Assembly (NCBI GenBank): GCA_963809475.1
Contig: CAWEJS010000001.1
Coordinates: forward strand, 80,570 to 144,569
Length of the DNA: 64,000 bases
Origin: an uncultured Acidobacteriota bacterium
GTDB lineage: Bacteria; Acidobacteriota; Vicinamibacteria; Vicinamibacterales; JAKQTR01
Direction: 5' to 3'
Below the pieces are notes generated by a model. That model did no database searches and was not told the origin of the DNA. It saw only the letters and a program-made list of their open reading frames with translations. The position numbers and the translations under genes were made by a program. How positions within the stretch are numbered: the first letter of the stretch is position 1; the number at the start of each line of letters is the position of its first letter. Below, one piece after another: positions 9,683-19,305 of this stretch.

Positions 9683-12145
9683 CTACTTCCCGTGCGCGGT
9701 GAAGTAGTCCGCCGCCCACTTCCGCATGACGTCGTTCAGGGCGCCGATGGTCTCGGCCTCGGACATGGCCTTGTCCCTGGTCCAGCCGTCCACCATCACG
9801 CGCTTGACCGCCCAGATCGCCGCGGCCCGGGCGCCGCTGGCGCAGTGGTAGAACAGCGGCCGGTTCGCGGGATCCTTCACGGCCGCCAGGAACGCGTCCA
9901 CGACCAAGTCCACCTTCGGGTCGGTCCTCACGAACGGGATGTGGATGAACTTCATCCCGGCCGCCTCGACCGCCGCCTTCTCGGCTTCGATGTCCGCGCC
10001 GGGTTCGTCGGCCGCGCGCAGGTTCAGCACCGCCGCGTACCCGAACCGCTTCAGCTCGGCGGCCGCCTCCGGCTTCGTCGCCCCGCCGCACGCGATGCCG
10101 TCGTCTATACGCGCGTAGTTGAGCACGCCGGCGAACGGCTCGACCCGGGCGGCCTTCGGCGCGGGTGCCGGAGGCGTCTCGCCCCAGATGTATTTCCCGA
10201 ACCACTCCAGGTTGTGCTCCATCGCCGCGCGATGCGCCTTGGGCTTCGTCAACCCGTGCCCGAACCCCTTGTAGACGATGAGCTTGGAGGGGACGCTGTT
10301 GTCCTGCAGCCCCTGCAGCAGTTCGTACACGTTCGGGATGGGCACGCGCTTGTCGAGTTCGCCGTGCTGGATGAGCGTCGGCGCGGAGGCCTTCTTGATG
10401 TAGGTGATGGGCGACGTGTCCGCGTAAATCCGCGGATCCTCCCACGGCGTGGCCTTCAGGTACTGGCGTGTGAACGGGTGGATGTCGGTGTTCACGTAGT
10501 ACGTCATCCAGTCCGAGATGCCCGCGCCCACGGAGACCGCCTTGAACCGCGCGCTGTCGTGCGTCGTGAGGAACGCTGAGATGTAGCCGCCCTGGCTCCA
10601 GCCCATCACACCGACCTTGTCGTTGTCCGCCAGGCCCTGCGCAACCAGGTAGTCGATGCCCGACACGACGTCCCAGGCGTCGCCGATGCCGAGGTTGCGC
10701 ACGTTGAGCGACCGGAACTTCTCGCCGTAGCCCGCGCTGCCGCGGTAGTTCGGCTCGAGCACGATCGCGCCCTTGTTCAGCCAGATGTCGATGGGATACG
10801 TCGTTGTCGAGGCGAACGGCGTCGGGCGCGAGACGCCCGTGGGCCCGCCGTGAATGACGATGAGAAGGGGATAGCGTGTGCCGGCCTTGAAGCTCGCCGG
10901 CTTGTGCAGGATGCCCTCGATGGGGGTGCCGTCCATGCTCTTCCAGGTGATCACCTCGTGCGTCGGCTGCGGCCATGACGCCGTCTGGGCGCCCATGTCG
11001 GTGAGCTTCTTCAAACTGCCGGTCATGACGGAGACGGTCCAGATCTCCGGGAACTCCTTCGGGCCCGTGCGGACGAATGCGATGGTGCCGCCGTCGGCCG
11101 TGAAGCTGGCGCCGGAGACAATCCCGACCGTATCCGGCGTGACCTTCGTGACCGCCGACGTCGCCGGATCGAGCCTGTAGAGGTGAGCCGATGTCCGCTC
11201 CGACGCGCCGAAGATGATGCCGCCCTTCATCCACGCGATCGGGCCCGGATTCTCGTCGAACGCCTTCATCAGGTCGCGGATCGCACCGCCGCCCGACGGC
11301 ACCGCCGCGATGTGGCTGTTCGTGTAATAGAAGAACGGCTGCGCCATCGCCGAGGAAAACGCGATCTCCTTCCCGTCGGGCGACCAGAGCGGACGGTTGT
11401 CCGGACCGTCCTGCTTGACGAGCGGCGCGACGACAGCGTCGGCGACCGTGACGATCGAGATGTCGGCCGTGCCGCCGTTCGACGGGTCGCCGTTGACCGT
11501 GTGGTCGAAGGCAATCTGCCTGCCGTCGGGCGACCAGTCGAAGCTGCCGACCGTGAAGTCGCCCTTTGTCAGGCGCTTCGTCTTCTTCGAGCCGACGTCG
11601 ATGACCCAGAGGTGACTGAGGCGCTGATCGGCGCCGACGACCTCGATCTCGCCGTACTTCTTGTCGCGGTCCTTCCACGACTCCGCCTTCGGGTCGGTCA
11701 GCGTGAACGCGATCTGGCTGCCGTCCGGCGACCATGCGAACGTGCCGACGCCCTCGGTCTCGTGCGTCAACTGCTCCGCTTCGCCGAAGGACGGGCGGAT
11801 GAGCCAGATCTGCTGCTTGTCGGAGCGGTCCGACGTGAACGCCAGCCGCGATCCGTCGGGCGACCATTTCGGCGACCCGCTCGACTTCTTGCCGTTCGTC
11901 AACTGGCGCGTCGTCGCCGTGGCGACGTCCGCGATCCAGATTTCCGTCTCGTAGGAGTCCTCGTCCCAGTTGGCCTCGCGGACCGTGTAGGCCACGAGCT
12001 TCCCGTCCGGCGAGATTGCCGGCGCCCCGACCCGTTTGAGCGAGATCAGTTGATCGACTGTGGGCCCTGTCTGGGCGGCGACAGGCCAGGCGACGGCAAG
12101 CGTCATCAACATGGAGACGAGACCGGCACGAGCTATGCTCTTCAT
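9683..12145 (-). CDS. S9 family peptidase (propeller + alpha/beta hydrolase) fused to a C-terminal DUF442/TIGR01244-like domain
   Basis: Signal peptide, WSPDG repeats, HGGP, GWSQGG, HGELDKRVP, GFGHG; C-terminal domain with VLNLR and YHCASGARA. Confidence 0.9.
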   Translation of the reverse strand: MKSIARAGLVSMLMTLAVAWPVAAQTGPTVDQLISLKRVGAPAISPDGKLVAYTVREANWDEDSYETEIWIADVATATTRQLTNGKKSSGSPKWSPDGSRLAFTSDRSDKQQIWLIRPSFGEAEQLTHETEGVGTFAWSPDGSQIAFTLTDPKAESWKDRDKKYGEIEVVGADQRLSHLWVIDVGSKKTKRLTKGDFTVGSFDWSPDGRQIAFDHTVNGDPSNGGTADISIVTVADAVVAPLVKQDGPDNRPLWSPDGKEIAFSSAMAQPFFYYTNSHIAAVPSGGGAIRDLMKAFDENPGPIAWMKGGIIFGASERTSAHLYRLDPATSAVTKVTPDTVGIVSGASFTADGGTIAFVRTGPKEFPEIWTVSVMTGSLKKLTDMGAQTASWPQPTHEVITWKSMDGTPIEGILHKPASFKAGTRYPLLIVIHGGPTGVSRPTPFASTTTYPIDIWLNKGAIVLEPNYRGSAGYGEKFRSLNVRNLGIGDAWDVVSGIDYLVAQGLADNDKVGVMGWSQGGYISAFLTTHDSARFKAVSVGAGISDWMTYYVNTDIHPFTRQYLKATPWEDPRIYADTSPITYIKKASAPTLIQHGELDKRVPIPNVYELLQGLQDNSVPSKLIVYKGFGHGLTKPKAHRAAMEHNLEWFGKYIWGETPPAPAPKAARVEPFAGVLNYARIDDGIACGGATKPEAAAELKRFGYAAVLNLRAADEPGADIEAEKAAVEAAGMKFIHIPFVRTDPKVDLVVDAFLAAVKDPANRPLFYHCASGARAAAIWAVKRVMVDGWTRDKAMSEAETIGALNDVMRKWAADYFTAHGK

Positions 12146-12402
12146 CGTGTTCCTCGCAGCGGCAAGGGTGTGGGGTCAGACTCCGGGCCGGATCCCGGGC
12201 CGCGGCCTGACGGATACGAGCCGATCATAGTTCGAGTCCGATCCCGCGTCTCTCCCCGGCCTCCCTGACCCCCGCACATTGCCCTGAACGCGGCTCTGTA
12301 GCCTCCTCGTTTCCGAGCCGATAGACATGCGCGGACCCTGGTGCCTGGCCTCGAGGCGAGGGGCTGGTGCATCAACAAGGTGACCGGGAAGGACTGACGG
12401 TC

Positions 12403-13245
12403 ATGAGCCTCGACCAGGCGATGATTCCGCCCACGCCGCCAGCCAGAGCGTACTCGGGTGAGTGGCATGACTCGATCCTCAGGGTGCTGGGCCCCGCAGC
12501 CTGCAGACAGCTCGGAATCTACGTCATCCCCTCGGAGTTCCTCCTGTCGGTCGTGATCCCTGTCTTCAACGAGGCGCAGACACTGCGGGATCTGGTTCTG
12601 CGGGTTGCCGCCGTGCCCATCCGCAAGGAGATCATCCTCGTCGACGATTGCAGCCGTGACGACACGTTCAAGGTCATGCAGGCAATCCGTGGAGATCTGC
12701 AGGACGGTCTCAACACAATCGTGATCGACCGGCATGAATGGAATCGCGGAAAGGGCGCTGCGCTTCGGACAGGGTTCGCTCGAGCGACCGGGACCGTGAT
12801 CATCGTGCAGGACGCCGACCTCGAGTACGATCCGGGAGAGTACCCGCGGCTCCTGCAGCCGATCGTTGAAGGACAGGCCGACGTGGTATACGGCAGCCGG
12901 TTTCTCGGCGATCACCCGCACCGCGTCCTCTACTTCTGGCACTTTCTCGGCAACAAACTCCTGACGACCCTCTCCAACTGCTTCACGAACCTCAACCTGA
13001 CCGACATGGAAACCTGCTACAAGGTGTTCCGGCGGGACGCCTTGCTCGACATCCTGCCGACGCTCAAGCAGGATCGGTTCGGTTTCGAGCCGGAAGTGAC
13101 GGCCAAGATTGCCCGGAAGCAGCACCGGGTCTATGAGATGTCGATCAGCTACTCCGGCAGGACCTACGCGCAAGGGAAGAAGATCGGCTGGCGCGACGGC
13201 ATGAAAGCGCTCTGGTGCATTGTCCGGTACAGCGCGGCAGACTGA
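12403..13245 (+). CDS. Glycosyltransferase family 2 (polyprenyl-phosphate glycosyltransferase-like)
   Basis: [44 protein letters not shown]. Confidence 0.9.
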   Translation: MSLDQAMIPPTPPARAYSGEWHDSILRVLGPAACRQLGIYVIPSEFLLSVVIPVFNEAQTLRDLVLRVAAVPIRKEIILVDDCSRDDTFKVMQAIRGDLQDGLNTIVIDRHEWNRGKGAALRTGFARATGTVIIVQDADLEYDPGEYPRLLQPIVEGQADVVYGSRFLGDHPHRVLYFWHFLGNKLLTTLSNCFTNLNLTDMETCYKVFRRDALLDILPTLKQDRFGFEPEVTAKIARKQHRVYEMSISYSGRTYAQGKKIGWRDGMKALWCIVRYSAAD

Positions 13246-13271
13246 GCACGGTCGGGTCTTCTCTCGTCTCC

Positions 13272-14288
13272 CTACGCGGTCAGAACCACCTTCCCCACGT
13301 TCGCCCGGTCCTGGAGGAACGCGTGGGCGTCGGCCGCGCGTGCCAGGGAAAACGTCTTCGAGATGACCGCACGCAGGCGCTTGCTCGAGAAGTCGGTGAG
13401 CAGCGCCTCCATGGCCGCGGCGGCGTACCGCCGTTCCTTCCACAGGTGGGCCAGGTTCAGGCCGAACACGCCCTTGTTGGAGCTCATGAGGTCGAGCGGA
13501 TCGAAGCGTGGCCGCTGCTGCAGGACGCGTTGCACGCGCTCGTCGTTGCGCTCCGGGCCGTCGACGAGATCCTGCGAGCCGTAGATGACGAGGCGGCCGA
13601 GCGGCGCGAGCATTCGATAGCTCTGTTCAAGATGCGCGCCTCCGCGCGGATCGAGTACGACGTCGACGCCGCGGCCGTTCGTGATGCGTGCGACCTCGGC
13701 CTCGAGGTCCGTGCGGCTCGGATCGATCACGTGGTCGATCCCGAGGCTGCGCAGCGCGTTGTGCTTGGACGAGGATGCCGTGCCGATCACGGTGGAGCGC
13801 CGCAGCCGTGCGAGTTGAAGGGCGGCGACGCCAACGCCGCCGCCGGCGCCGTGGACGAGGACCGTCTCGTTGGCCTTCAGGTTCGCCATCCGGTAGAGGG
13901 CCACCAGGCCCGTCAGGAACGTGACCGGGACGGCCGCGGCTTCGTTGTGGCTGAGATTGGGCGGCGCGTTCCACACGAAGTCGGCCGGAACAATCGCGCA
14001 GTCGGCGTAGCCGCCGAAGCGGGTCAGCGCCAGGACGTGCCGCCCCGTCTCGTGACGCGCCGGGCCTGGCCCGACGGCATCGACGTATCCCGACACCTCG
14101 TAGCCCGCGACGAACGGCGGCGGGGGCGCGTCGGGATACAGGCCCATCCGCGCGAGCACGTCGGCGAAGTTCACGCCGGCGGACTTCACGCGGATGCGGA
14201 CTTCTCCGGGGCCGGGGTCGGGCGTGGGACGGTCCCGCTCCTCCAAGACGTCCGGGGCGCCGTGACGGGTGACGACGATTTCGCGCAT
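13272..14288 (-). CDS. MDR-family NADPH:quinone oxidoreductase (VAT-1-like)
   Basis: MREIVVTRHG, GVNFAD, GYEVSG, VLVHGAGGGVG, GKVVL. Confidence 0.9.
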   Translation of the reverse strand: MREIVVTRHGAPDVLEERDRPTPDPGPGEVRIRVKSAGVNFADVLARMGLYPDAPPPPFVAGYEVSGYVDAVGPGPARHETGRHVLALTRFGGYADCAIVPADFVWNAPPNLSHNEAAAVPVTFLTGLVALYRMANLKANETVLVHGAGGGVGVAALQLARLRRSTVIGTASSSKHNALRSLGIDHVIDPSRTDLEAEVARITNGRGVDVVLDPRGGAHLEQSYRMLAPLGRLVIYGSQDLVDGPERNDERVQRVLQQRPRFDPLDLMSSNKGVFGLNLAHLWKERRYAAAAMEALLTDFSSKRLRAVISKTFSLARAADAHAFLQDRANVGKVVLTA

Positions 14289-14320
14289 GTCGGGATCCTG
14301 ACAGGACGTTGCATCATAGA

Positions 14321-14369
14321 TCGGGACTCGGGACTCGGGACTCGGGATCCGGGGCTGGGGATTCGGGAT
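14321..14369. repeat. Heptamer tandem repeat (TCGGGAC/T consensus, 7 units)
   Basis: TCGGGAC x3, TCGGGAT, CCGGGGC, TGGGGAT, TCGGGAT in a divergent intergenic gap. Confidence 0.85.
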
Positions 14370-14399
14370 TGTGGCAAGCGGGATTAGACTGGCGACAGA

Positions 14400-15755
14400 A
14401 TGAGCAACCTCCACGCCGCACGGCGGGGCATCGCGGCCGCGGCGATCGCGGTTTCGGCGACGGCAATAGGCCAACAGCCCATCCCAAAGCCGGCCGTGCT
14501 GATCACGGGGGCGCGGATCCTGGACGTGGCCAAGGGGCGCTACCTGGCCCCGGCAGCTATCCTCGTCCAGGACGGCCGGATCGCGAGCGTCACGCCGGAG
14601 CCGCCCGCCTCGCTTCCCGCGTCCACGACGCGCCTCTCCGCCACCGGCGCCGTCATCGTCCCCGGCCTCATCGACGCGCACGCATGGGCGGCGCCGACGG
14701 CGGATCTCGACGCCGACTACTTCTACCTGATGGGGCTGGCCCACGGCGTCACGGGCTACCGGGTCCTCGACGTCCGCACGGCCTGGGGTGTGGCACAGCG
14801 CGCGCGTGCCGCCTCGGGCGTCATCCTCGCGCCGCGCCTCTGGACCAGCGGCGGCGGCATCAACCAGGGCGCCAGCCCTGATCGCTGGCTCGTCGATGCG
14901 CCGGACGCGGCGGCGGCCGAGCGCGAGGTGTCGCGACAGATCGACGCGAAGGTGAACTGGATTGCCGGCCACGACGCGCTCGGACCGGAGATGTACACGG
15001 CGATGGTTCTGGCGGCGCGTCGGTCCGGTGTCCGCATCAGCGGCCAGCCCGGGGCGAGTTCGATGGCCGACCTGGCTGCCAGCGGCGTCTCGTCGATTGA
15101 GACGCTCGCATACCCGCTGAAGCCCGCAAACGGCTCGGCAGACGGTGAGTGGCCGGCGGCGTCAGCGAAGGAACTCGCCACGCTGCAGGCGGCGCTGGTG
15201 CGTCGCCACGTCACGCTCGTTCCGATGATGGCGGCCTCGATGGCCCGCGCGTCTCCCGAGGAGGCTGCGAAGGACCCGGCGCTTGCGCTGCTGCCCGAGG
15301 GACGGCGAACTGAGCTGGCGGCGGCCTTGAAGAGGACGCCCGCAACCGACGTCGCGAAGGCGAAGCGCGCATGGACCAGCCAGGCGGCGTTCCTGGCGCG
15401 CTTGATCACGGCAGGAGGCCGGGTGGCGGCCGGCACGGGCTTCGAGTTGCGCGGCTACCCCGTGCCGGGAGTCGGCCTCCATCGCGAACTGGCTGCCCTC
15501 GTGCGCGCCGGCCTGACGCCGGCCGATGCCCTTCGCGCGGCGACGGCAACGGCGGCCGACCTCGTTGGTGCGCAGCCTGGAATGATCCGGCTTGCATCGG
15601 GGACCGAGGCCAACTTCATCGTCGTGAAGGGCGATCCCCTGACGCGGATTGAAGACCTCGCCAGCATCGTGCATGTCATCCGGGCCGGCGAGGTGCTGGA
15701 TCCGAAGGCACTCCTCGCCCGCGCACGGCAGGCCGCCGCGCCGCGACCGCGATGA
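14400..15755 (+). CDS. Amidohydrolase-superfamily protein, metal ligands largely degenerate
   Basis: Signal peptide; IVPGLIDAH, LHRELAALV.AGLTP.DAL.AAT, ANFIVVKGDPL. Confidence 0.8.
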   Translation: MSNLHAARRGIAAAAIAVSATAIGQQPIPKPAVLITGARILDVAKGRYLAPAAILVQDGRIASVTPEPPASLPASTTRLSATGAVIVPGLIDAHAWAAPTADLDADYFYLMGLAHGVTGYRVLDVRTAWGVAQRARAASGVILAPRLWTSGGGINQGASPDRWLVDAPDAAAAEREVSRQIDAKVNWIAGHDALGPEMYTAMVLAARRSGVRISGQPGASSMADLAASGVSSIETLAYPLKPANGSADGEWPAASAKELATLQAALVRRHVTLVPMMAASMARASPEEAAKDPALALLPEGRRTELAAALKRTPATDVAKAKRAWTSQAAFLARLITAGGRVAAGTGFELRGYPVPGVGLHRELAALVRAGLTPADALRAATATAADLVGAQPGMIRLASGTEANFIVVKGDPLTRIEDLASIVHVIRAGEVLDPKALLARARQAAAPRPR

Positions 15756-15758
15756 ATC

Positions 15759-16493
15759 ATGGTGCCTGACCCCGTTTTCCAGTGGATGGAACTTGACGCG
15801 CCGCGGCTGGCGACGGCGCGCACGACGCCGCTGCGGGGGACGTTCATCGAGCGGCCGCACCGGTTCGCGGCGATCTGCAGGCGGCGCAGCGGCGAGATCG
15901 TGGCGGCCCACGTGCCCAACCCGGGCCGCCTCACCGGCGTGGTTGCGCCGCGCTGCGAGATCCTGCTCGACGGGCCGTTCCCGCCTCCGCGGTCGCTCGT
16001 CTACACGATGCTGGCGGCCAGACGGGCGGACATGTGGATCGGCACCAACACGATCTATGCGAACCGCGTGTTCCCGTCGCTTGTCGCGCACGGCCTCTTT
16101 CCCGAGATCGATCCGGGCCCGCTTCGCGCGGAGGTCGCCTGCGGCCGGTCGCGGTTCGACTTCCACACCGGGTCGATGTTCGTGGAAGTGAAATCGGTGA
16201 CGCTCGCAGACGGCGGCGCCGGGAGGTTCCCCGATGCCGTCAGCGCCCGCGCAACCAGGCACTGCGAGGAACTGGGTGCTCTCGCGCAAGCGGGTCAGCG
16301 CTGCGCCATTGTCTTCGTGGCGCAACGGGGCGACGTCGAGTCGGTGTCACCCGAAGACGACATCGACCCGGCGTTCGGGGTCGCGTTGCGGTCGGCCGCG
16401 TCGGCGGGCGTGCTCGTCATGGCCTGCGCCCTCGACATTACACCTGTCGGAGCCTCCCGCGCCCGCCGCATCGAGGTGGTGCTCTTCGGGTAA
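15759..16493 (+). CDS. sfsA: DNA/RNA nuclease SfsA
   Basis: F.ERP.RF, HVPNPGRL, SRFDF, VEVKSVTL, FPDAVSARATRH, IDP.F. Confidence 0.92.
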   Translation: MVPDPVFQWMELDAPRLATARTTPLRGTFIERPHRFAAICRRRSGEIVAAHVPNPGRLTGVVAPRCEILLDGPFPPPRSLVYTMLAARRADMWIGTNTIYANRVFPSLVAHGLFPEIDPGPLRAEVACGRSRFDFHTGSMFVEVKSVTLADGGAGRFPDAVSARATRHCEELGALAQAGQRCAIVFVAQRGDVESVSPEDDIDPAFGVALRSAASAGVLVMACALDITPVGASRARRIEVVLFG

Positions 16494-16528
16494 GGAAGTC
16501 TTCCACCGATCCGCTACAATTGCCGGGC

Positions 16529-16786
16529 ATGGACGGTTCACCCGACTACGCCAGGATGATCGAGTACCTGAAGAAGGAGATTCTCCGGGATCCGGATGCG
16601 GAGATCGAACCGGACACTCCCCTGGTGTCGTCCGGCATGGTGGACTCGTTTTCCCTGATCCAGGTTGTCCAGGAACTCGAGAAGATCACCTCGTTGCGGA
16701 TCCCTCCCAGCAAGGTGGCCCCGCGCGATCTGGACAGCGTCAGCAAGATGTTCGCCACCGCCGGGCGTGTCGGGATGCCACGCTAG
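16529..16786 (+). CDS. Acyl/peptidyl carrier protein (DltC-like)
   Basis: 85 aa acidic protein; LVSSGMVDSFSL phosphopantetheine Ser motif. Confidence 0.85.
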   Translation: MDGSPDYARMIEYLKKEILRDPDAEIEPDTPLVSSGMVDSFSLIQVVQELEKITSLRIPPSKVAPRDLDSVSKMFATAGRVGMPR

Positions 16787-16792
16787 CCTCAC

Positions 16793-18193
16793 GTGAGCCA
16801 GGCTTCACTCGTCTACATCGCCGCCGTCTTCGTGGTGTGGGGCGTGGCACGCGTGGCTGCCAGCCGGCCCTTGCGGCTGGGCATCTACCTGGCGGCGAGC
16901 TGGCTCTTCTACGCCAGCCTCGACGCCCGGTTTCTGCCCCTGCTGATTCTGAGCAGCCTGTTCAACTACCAGTTCGGCCGCGTGATCCGCGCCCACCCGC
17001 GCGCCGCGTGGCTGTGGGCCGGCGCGCTGGTCAACGTCCTGCTGCTCGCGGTCTTCAAGTACCTGCCCGCGCTGGGCCCCTCCTTTCCTGGAAGCCCGTT
17101 CTGGCAGCACGTGGGGAGATTCGCGTTGCCGCTGGGCGTGTCATTCTGGACCTTCCAGGCTTTGAGCTACCTGTTCGATCAGTATCGGGGCGATGAAACC
17201 AGGCCCTCGCTCGGCGAGTTCTGCCTGTTCATGAGTTTTGCGCCGACCGTGATGTCCGGCCCAATCTGCAGGATCGGCGACCTCGTGCCCCAGTTCCGGG
17301 CGCCATTCGCCGGATCCTGGCAGACCGTCAAGGAGGGAGCCCAGGGCGCGTGGGTCGGCGTGGGCATGATCGTCCTGGCGCGCATCCTGGCGGCGGGGTA
17401 TGGCGGATTCGGCGTCGATGACGCCTTCGCGTTGCGGGGTTCCCTCGGCACGGCGGACGCGTGGGTCATGCTGCTGGGATACGGCTTCCAGATCTTTCTG
17501 GATTTCGCGGGCTACTCGAGACTGGTGATTGGCGTCGCCCGGATGTTCGGATTCCAGTTGCCCGAGAACTTCGATCGGCCCTACCTCTCGCCGAACGTCT
17601 CGGTGTTCTGGCAGCGCTGGCACATGTCACTGTCGTTCTGGATCCGCGACTACGTGTTCCTGCCACTCGCGATGTCACGCCGTGAAGTCTGGTGGCGCCA
17701 CGCCTCGCTCGTGATCTCCATGGCGGTGTTCGGGCTCTGGCACAACGGGTCCTGGCTCTTCCTGACGTGGGGCGTCTACCAGGGCTCTTTGATGGTGGCT
17801 CACAGGCTCTGGCAGCAGCACCGCCGGGGCGCGTCGCCAATCGGCCCCCGATGGCTGCGCAGCGGCGCATCGTGGCTGCTGACCTTCCTTGCGATCACGC
17901 TGAGTTGGGCGCTGTTCCGCGCGGACGGCGTGTCGCACGCCGCGATGATCGTCAAGGCCGCCCTCCTCCCCTCGGGAGGCCAGCACCTGCCTGCGGGGTT
18001 CGTCCTGCTCGTCCTTGCCTTCGTGGCGGGCTACTTCGCGACGCAGTTGTTCATGTCCCGCAGGGCCCGGCCGTCGCCGGGCCTGCTCTCGTGGCTGCCG
18101 ATGCCGGCCCGGTTCGCCTGCTACGGCGCGATCTTCTACCTGGCCGTGTTCCGCGCCGCGGAGGCGCAGGGTTTCATCTACACCCAGTTCTGA
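16793..18193 (+). CDS. MBOAT family O-acyltransferase (AlgI/DltB-like)
   Basis: LPLGVSFWTFQALSY, SGPI, DFAGYS, ENFDRPY, FWQRWHMSLS, GLWH. Confidence 0.93.
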   Translation: MSQASLVYIAAVFVVWGVARVAASRPLRLGIYLAASWLFYASLDARFLPLLILSSLFNYQFGRVIRAHPRAAWLWAGALVNVLLLAVFKYLPALGPSFPGSPFWQHVGRFALPLGVSFWTFQALSYLFDQYRGDETRPSLGEFCLFMSFAPTVMSGPICRIGDLVPQFRAPFAGSWQTVKEGAQGAWVGVGMIVLARILAAGYGGFGVDDAFALRGSLGTADAWVMLLGYGFQIFLDFAGYSRLVIGVARMFGFQLPENFDRPYLSPNVSVFWQRWHMSLSFWIRDYVFLPLAMSRREVWWRHASLVISMAVFGLWHNGSWLFLTWGVYQGSLMVAHRLWQQHRRGASPIGPRWLRSGASWLLTFLAITLSWALFRADGVSHAAMIVKAALLPSGGQHLPAGFVLLVLAFVAGYFATQLFMSRRARPSPGLLSWLPMPARFACYGAIFYLAVFRAAEAQGFIYTQF

Positions 18194-19305
18194 TGTCGAC
18201 ACGAACACGGATCGCCCGGGCCGGGCTGGCGCTCCTGATCTTCGCTGGATCGCTGGAATTGTGCGCGCGGATCGACGACTACCTGACATACGGGGCCCCG
18301 ATGTGGGGCGTCTACGACGCCGAGACACTCTACGTGCGCGACGCCATCGGCAAGCGAGGCATACCGCATGCGCGCTTCCGCAAGTGGGGACTGAACGCGC
18401 TCGGGTATCGGGGGCCCGACCTCGTTGCCGGCAGGCCGACGATCGTGTGCTTCGGAGCGTCCGAGACGTTTGGCCAGCAGGAACGTGAGGGATTCGAGTA
18501 CCCGCGGCAACTGGAACGCGAGCTGAACGCACGCGCCGGGAGTGACTCCTACCAGGTGCTCAATGCCGCCTATGCCGGCCAGACCGTGCGGACGGCCACC
18601 TCTCGCGTTCCGGAAATAGCGGCGACGGCCAAGCCGGTCGCGGCCCTCATCTACAGTGTGCCGGCAAACTACATCGAGTTGGCGCGTTTCGAGGCGACGC
18701 CTGCGCCCGCCGGGCCGATCAGGCAGCCGCGATTTGAACTGCGGATCGCCGATCGGATCCGGACGCTCCTCAAAGCGGCGGTGCCCTCGACGGTCCAGAC
18801 CTGGCGTCGAACCCGTGAGATCCAGTCTGACAGCGACTCCGCCGCGGCCGTCGCCCAGTTGCCCGAAGAGAACATCCAGCGTTACCGCGAGGATCTGCTG
18901 CGGATGGTGGACGCCCTGCGCCGGGAGAACATCACGCCCGTCCTCGTCACTCATTTGGACGCGTTTGGGGACACGCTCTCGAAGCAGGATCGGGAGTTAC
19001 TGACAGGCTGGCGGAAGTTCTACCCGGTTCTGAAAGAAGAGGGTTTCCTCGACATGGAGCGCAGGGCCAACGCCGCCGTGCGGTCCCTCGGCGCCGAAGC
19101 GGGCGTTCCGGTGATCGACCTGGTGGACGCCGTACCGCCGACGCGGGAGAACTTCACGGACTTCGCTCACTTCTCCGAGGCCGGAGCGGCCATCGTCGCG
19201 CGAACCCTCGCGGACGGACTCCTTCCGATTCTCAATCGCGACTCGTCGTCCCGGCCGACTGGAACGTCAGTGAGCCTCCCACGGAAGGGCCCCGGCCGGC
19301 CATAA
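18193..19305 (+). CDS. Membrane-anchored SGNH/GDSL hydrolase-fold protein (AlgJ/DltD-like partner)
   Basis: TGATG overlap with the MBOAT gene; N-terminal TM; FGASETFG and DFAHFS motifs. Confidence 0.8.
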   Translation: MSTRTRIARAGLALLIFAGSLELCARIDDYLTYGAPMWGVYDAETLYVRDAIGKRGIPHARFRKWGLNALGYRGPDLVAGRPTIVCFGASETFGQQEREGFEYPRQLERELNARAGSDSYQVLNAAYAGQTVRTATSRVPEIAATAKPVAALIYSVPANYIELARFEATPAPAGPIRQPRFELRIADRIRTLLKAAVPSTVQTWRRTREIQSDSDSAAAVAQLPEENIQRYREDLLRMVDALRRENITPVLVTHLDAFGDTLSKQDRELLTGWRKFYPVLKEEGFLDMERRANAAVRSLGAEAGVPVIDLVDAVPPTRENFTDFAHFSEAGAAIVARTLADGLLPILNRDSSSRPTGTSVSLPRKGPGRP

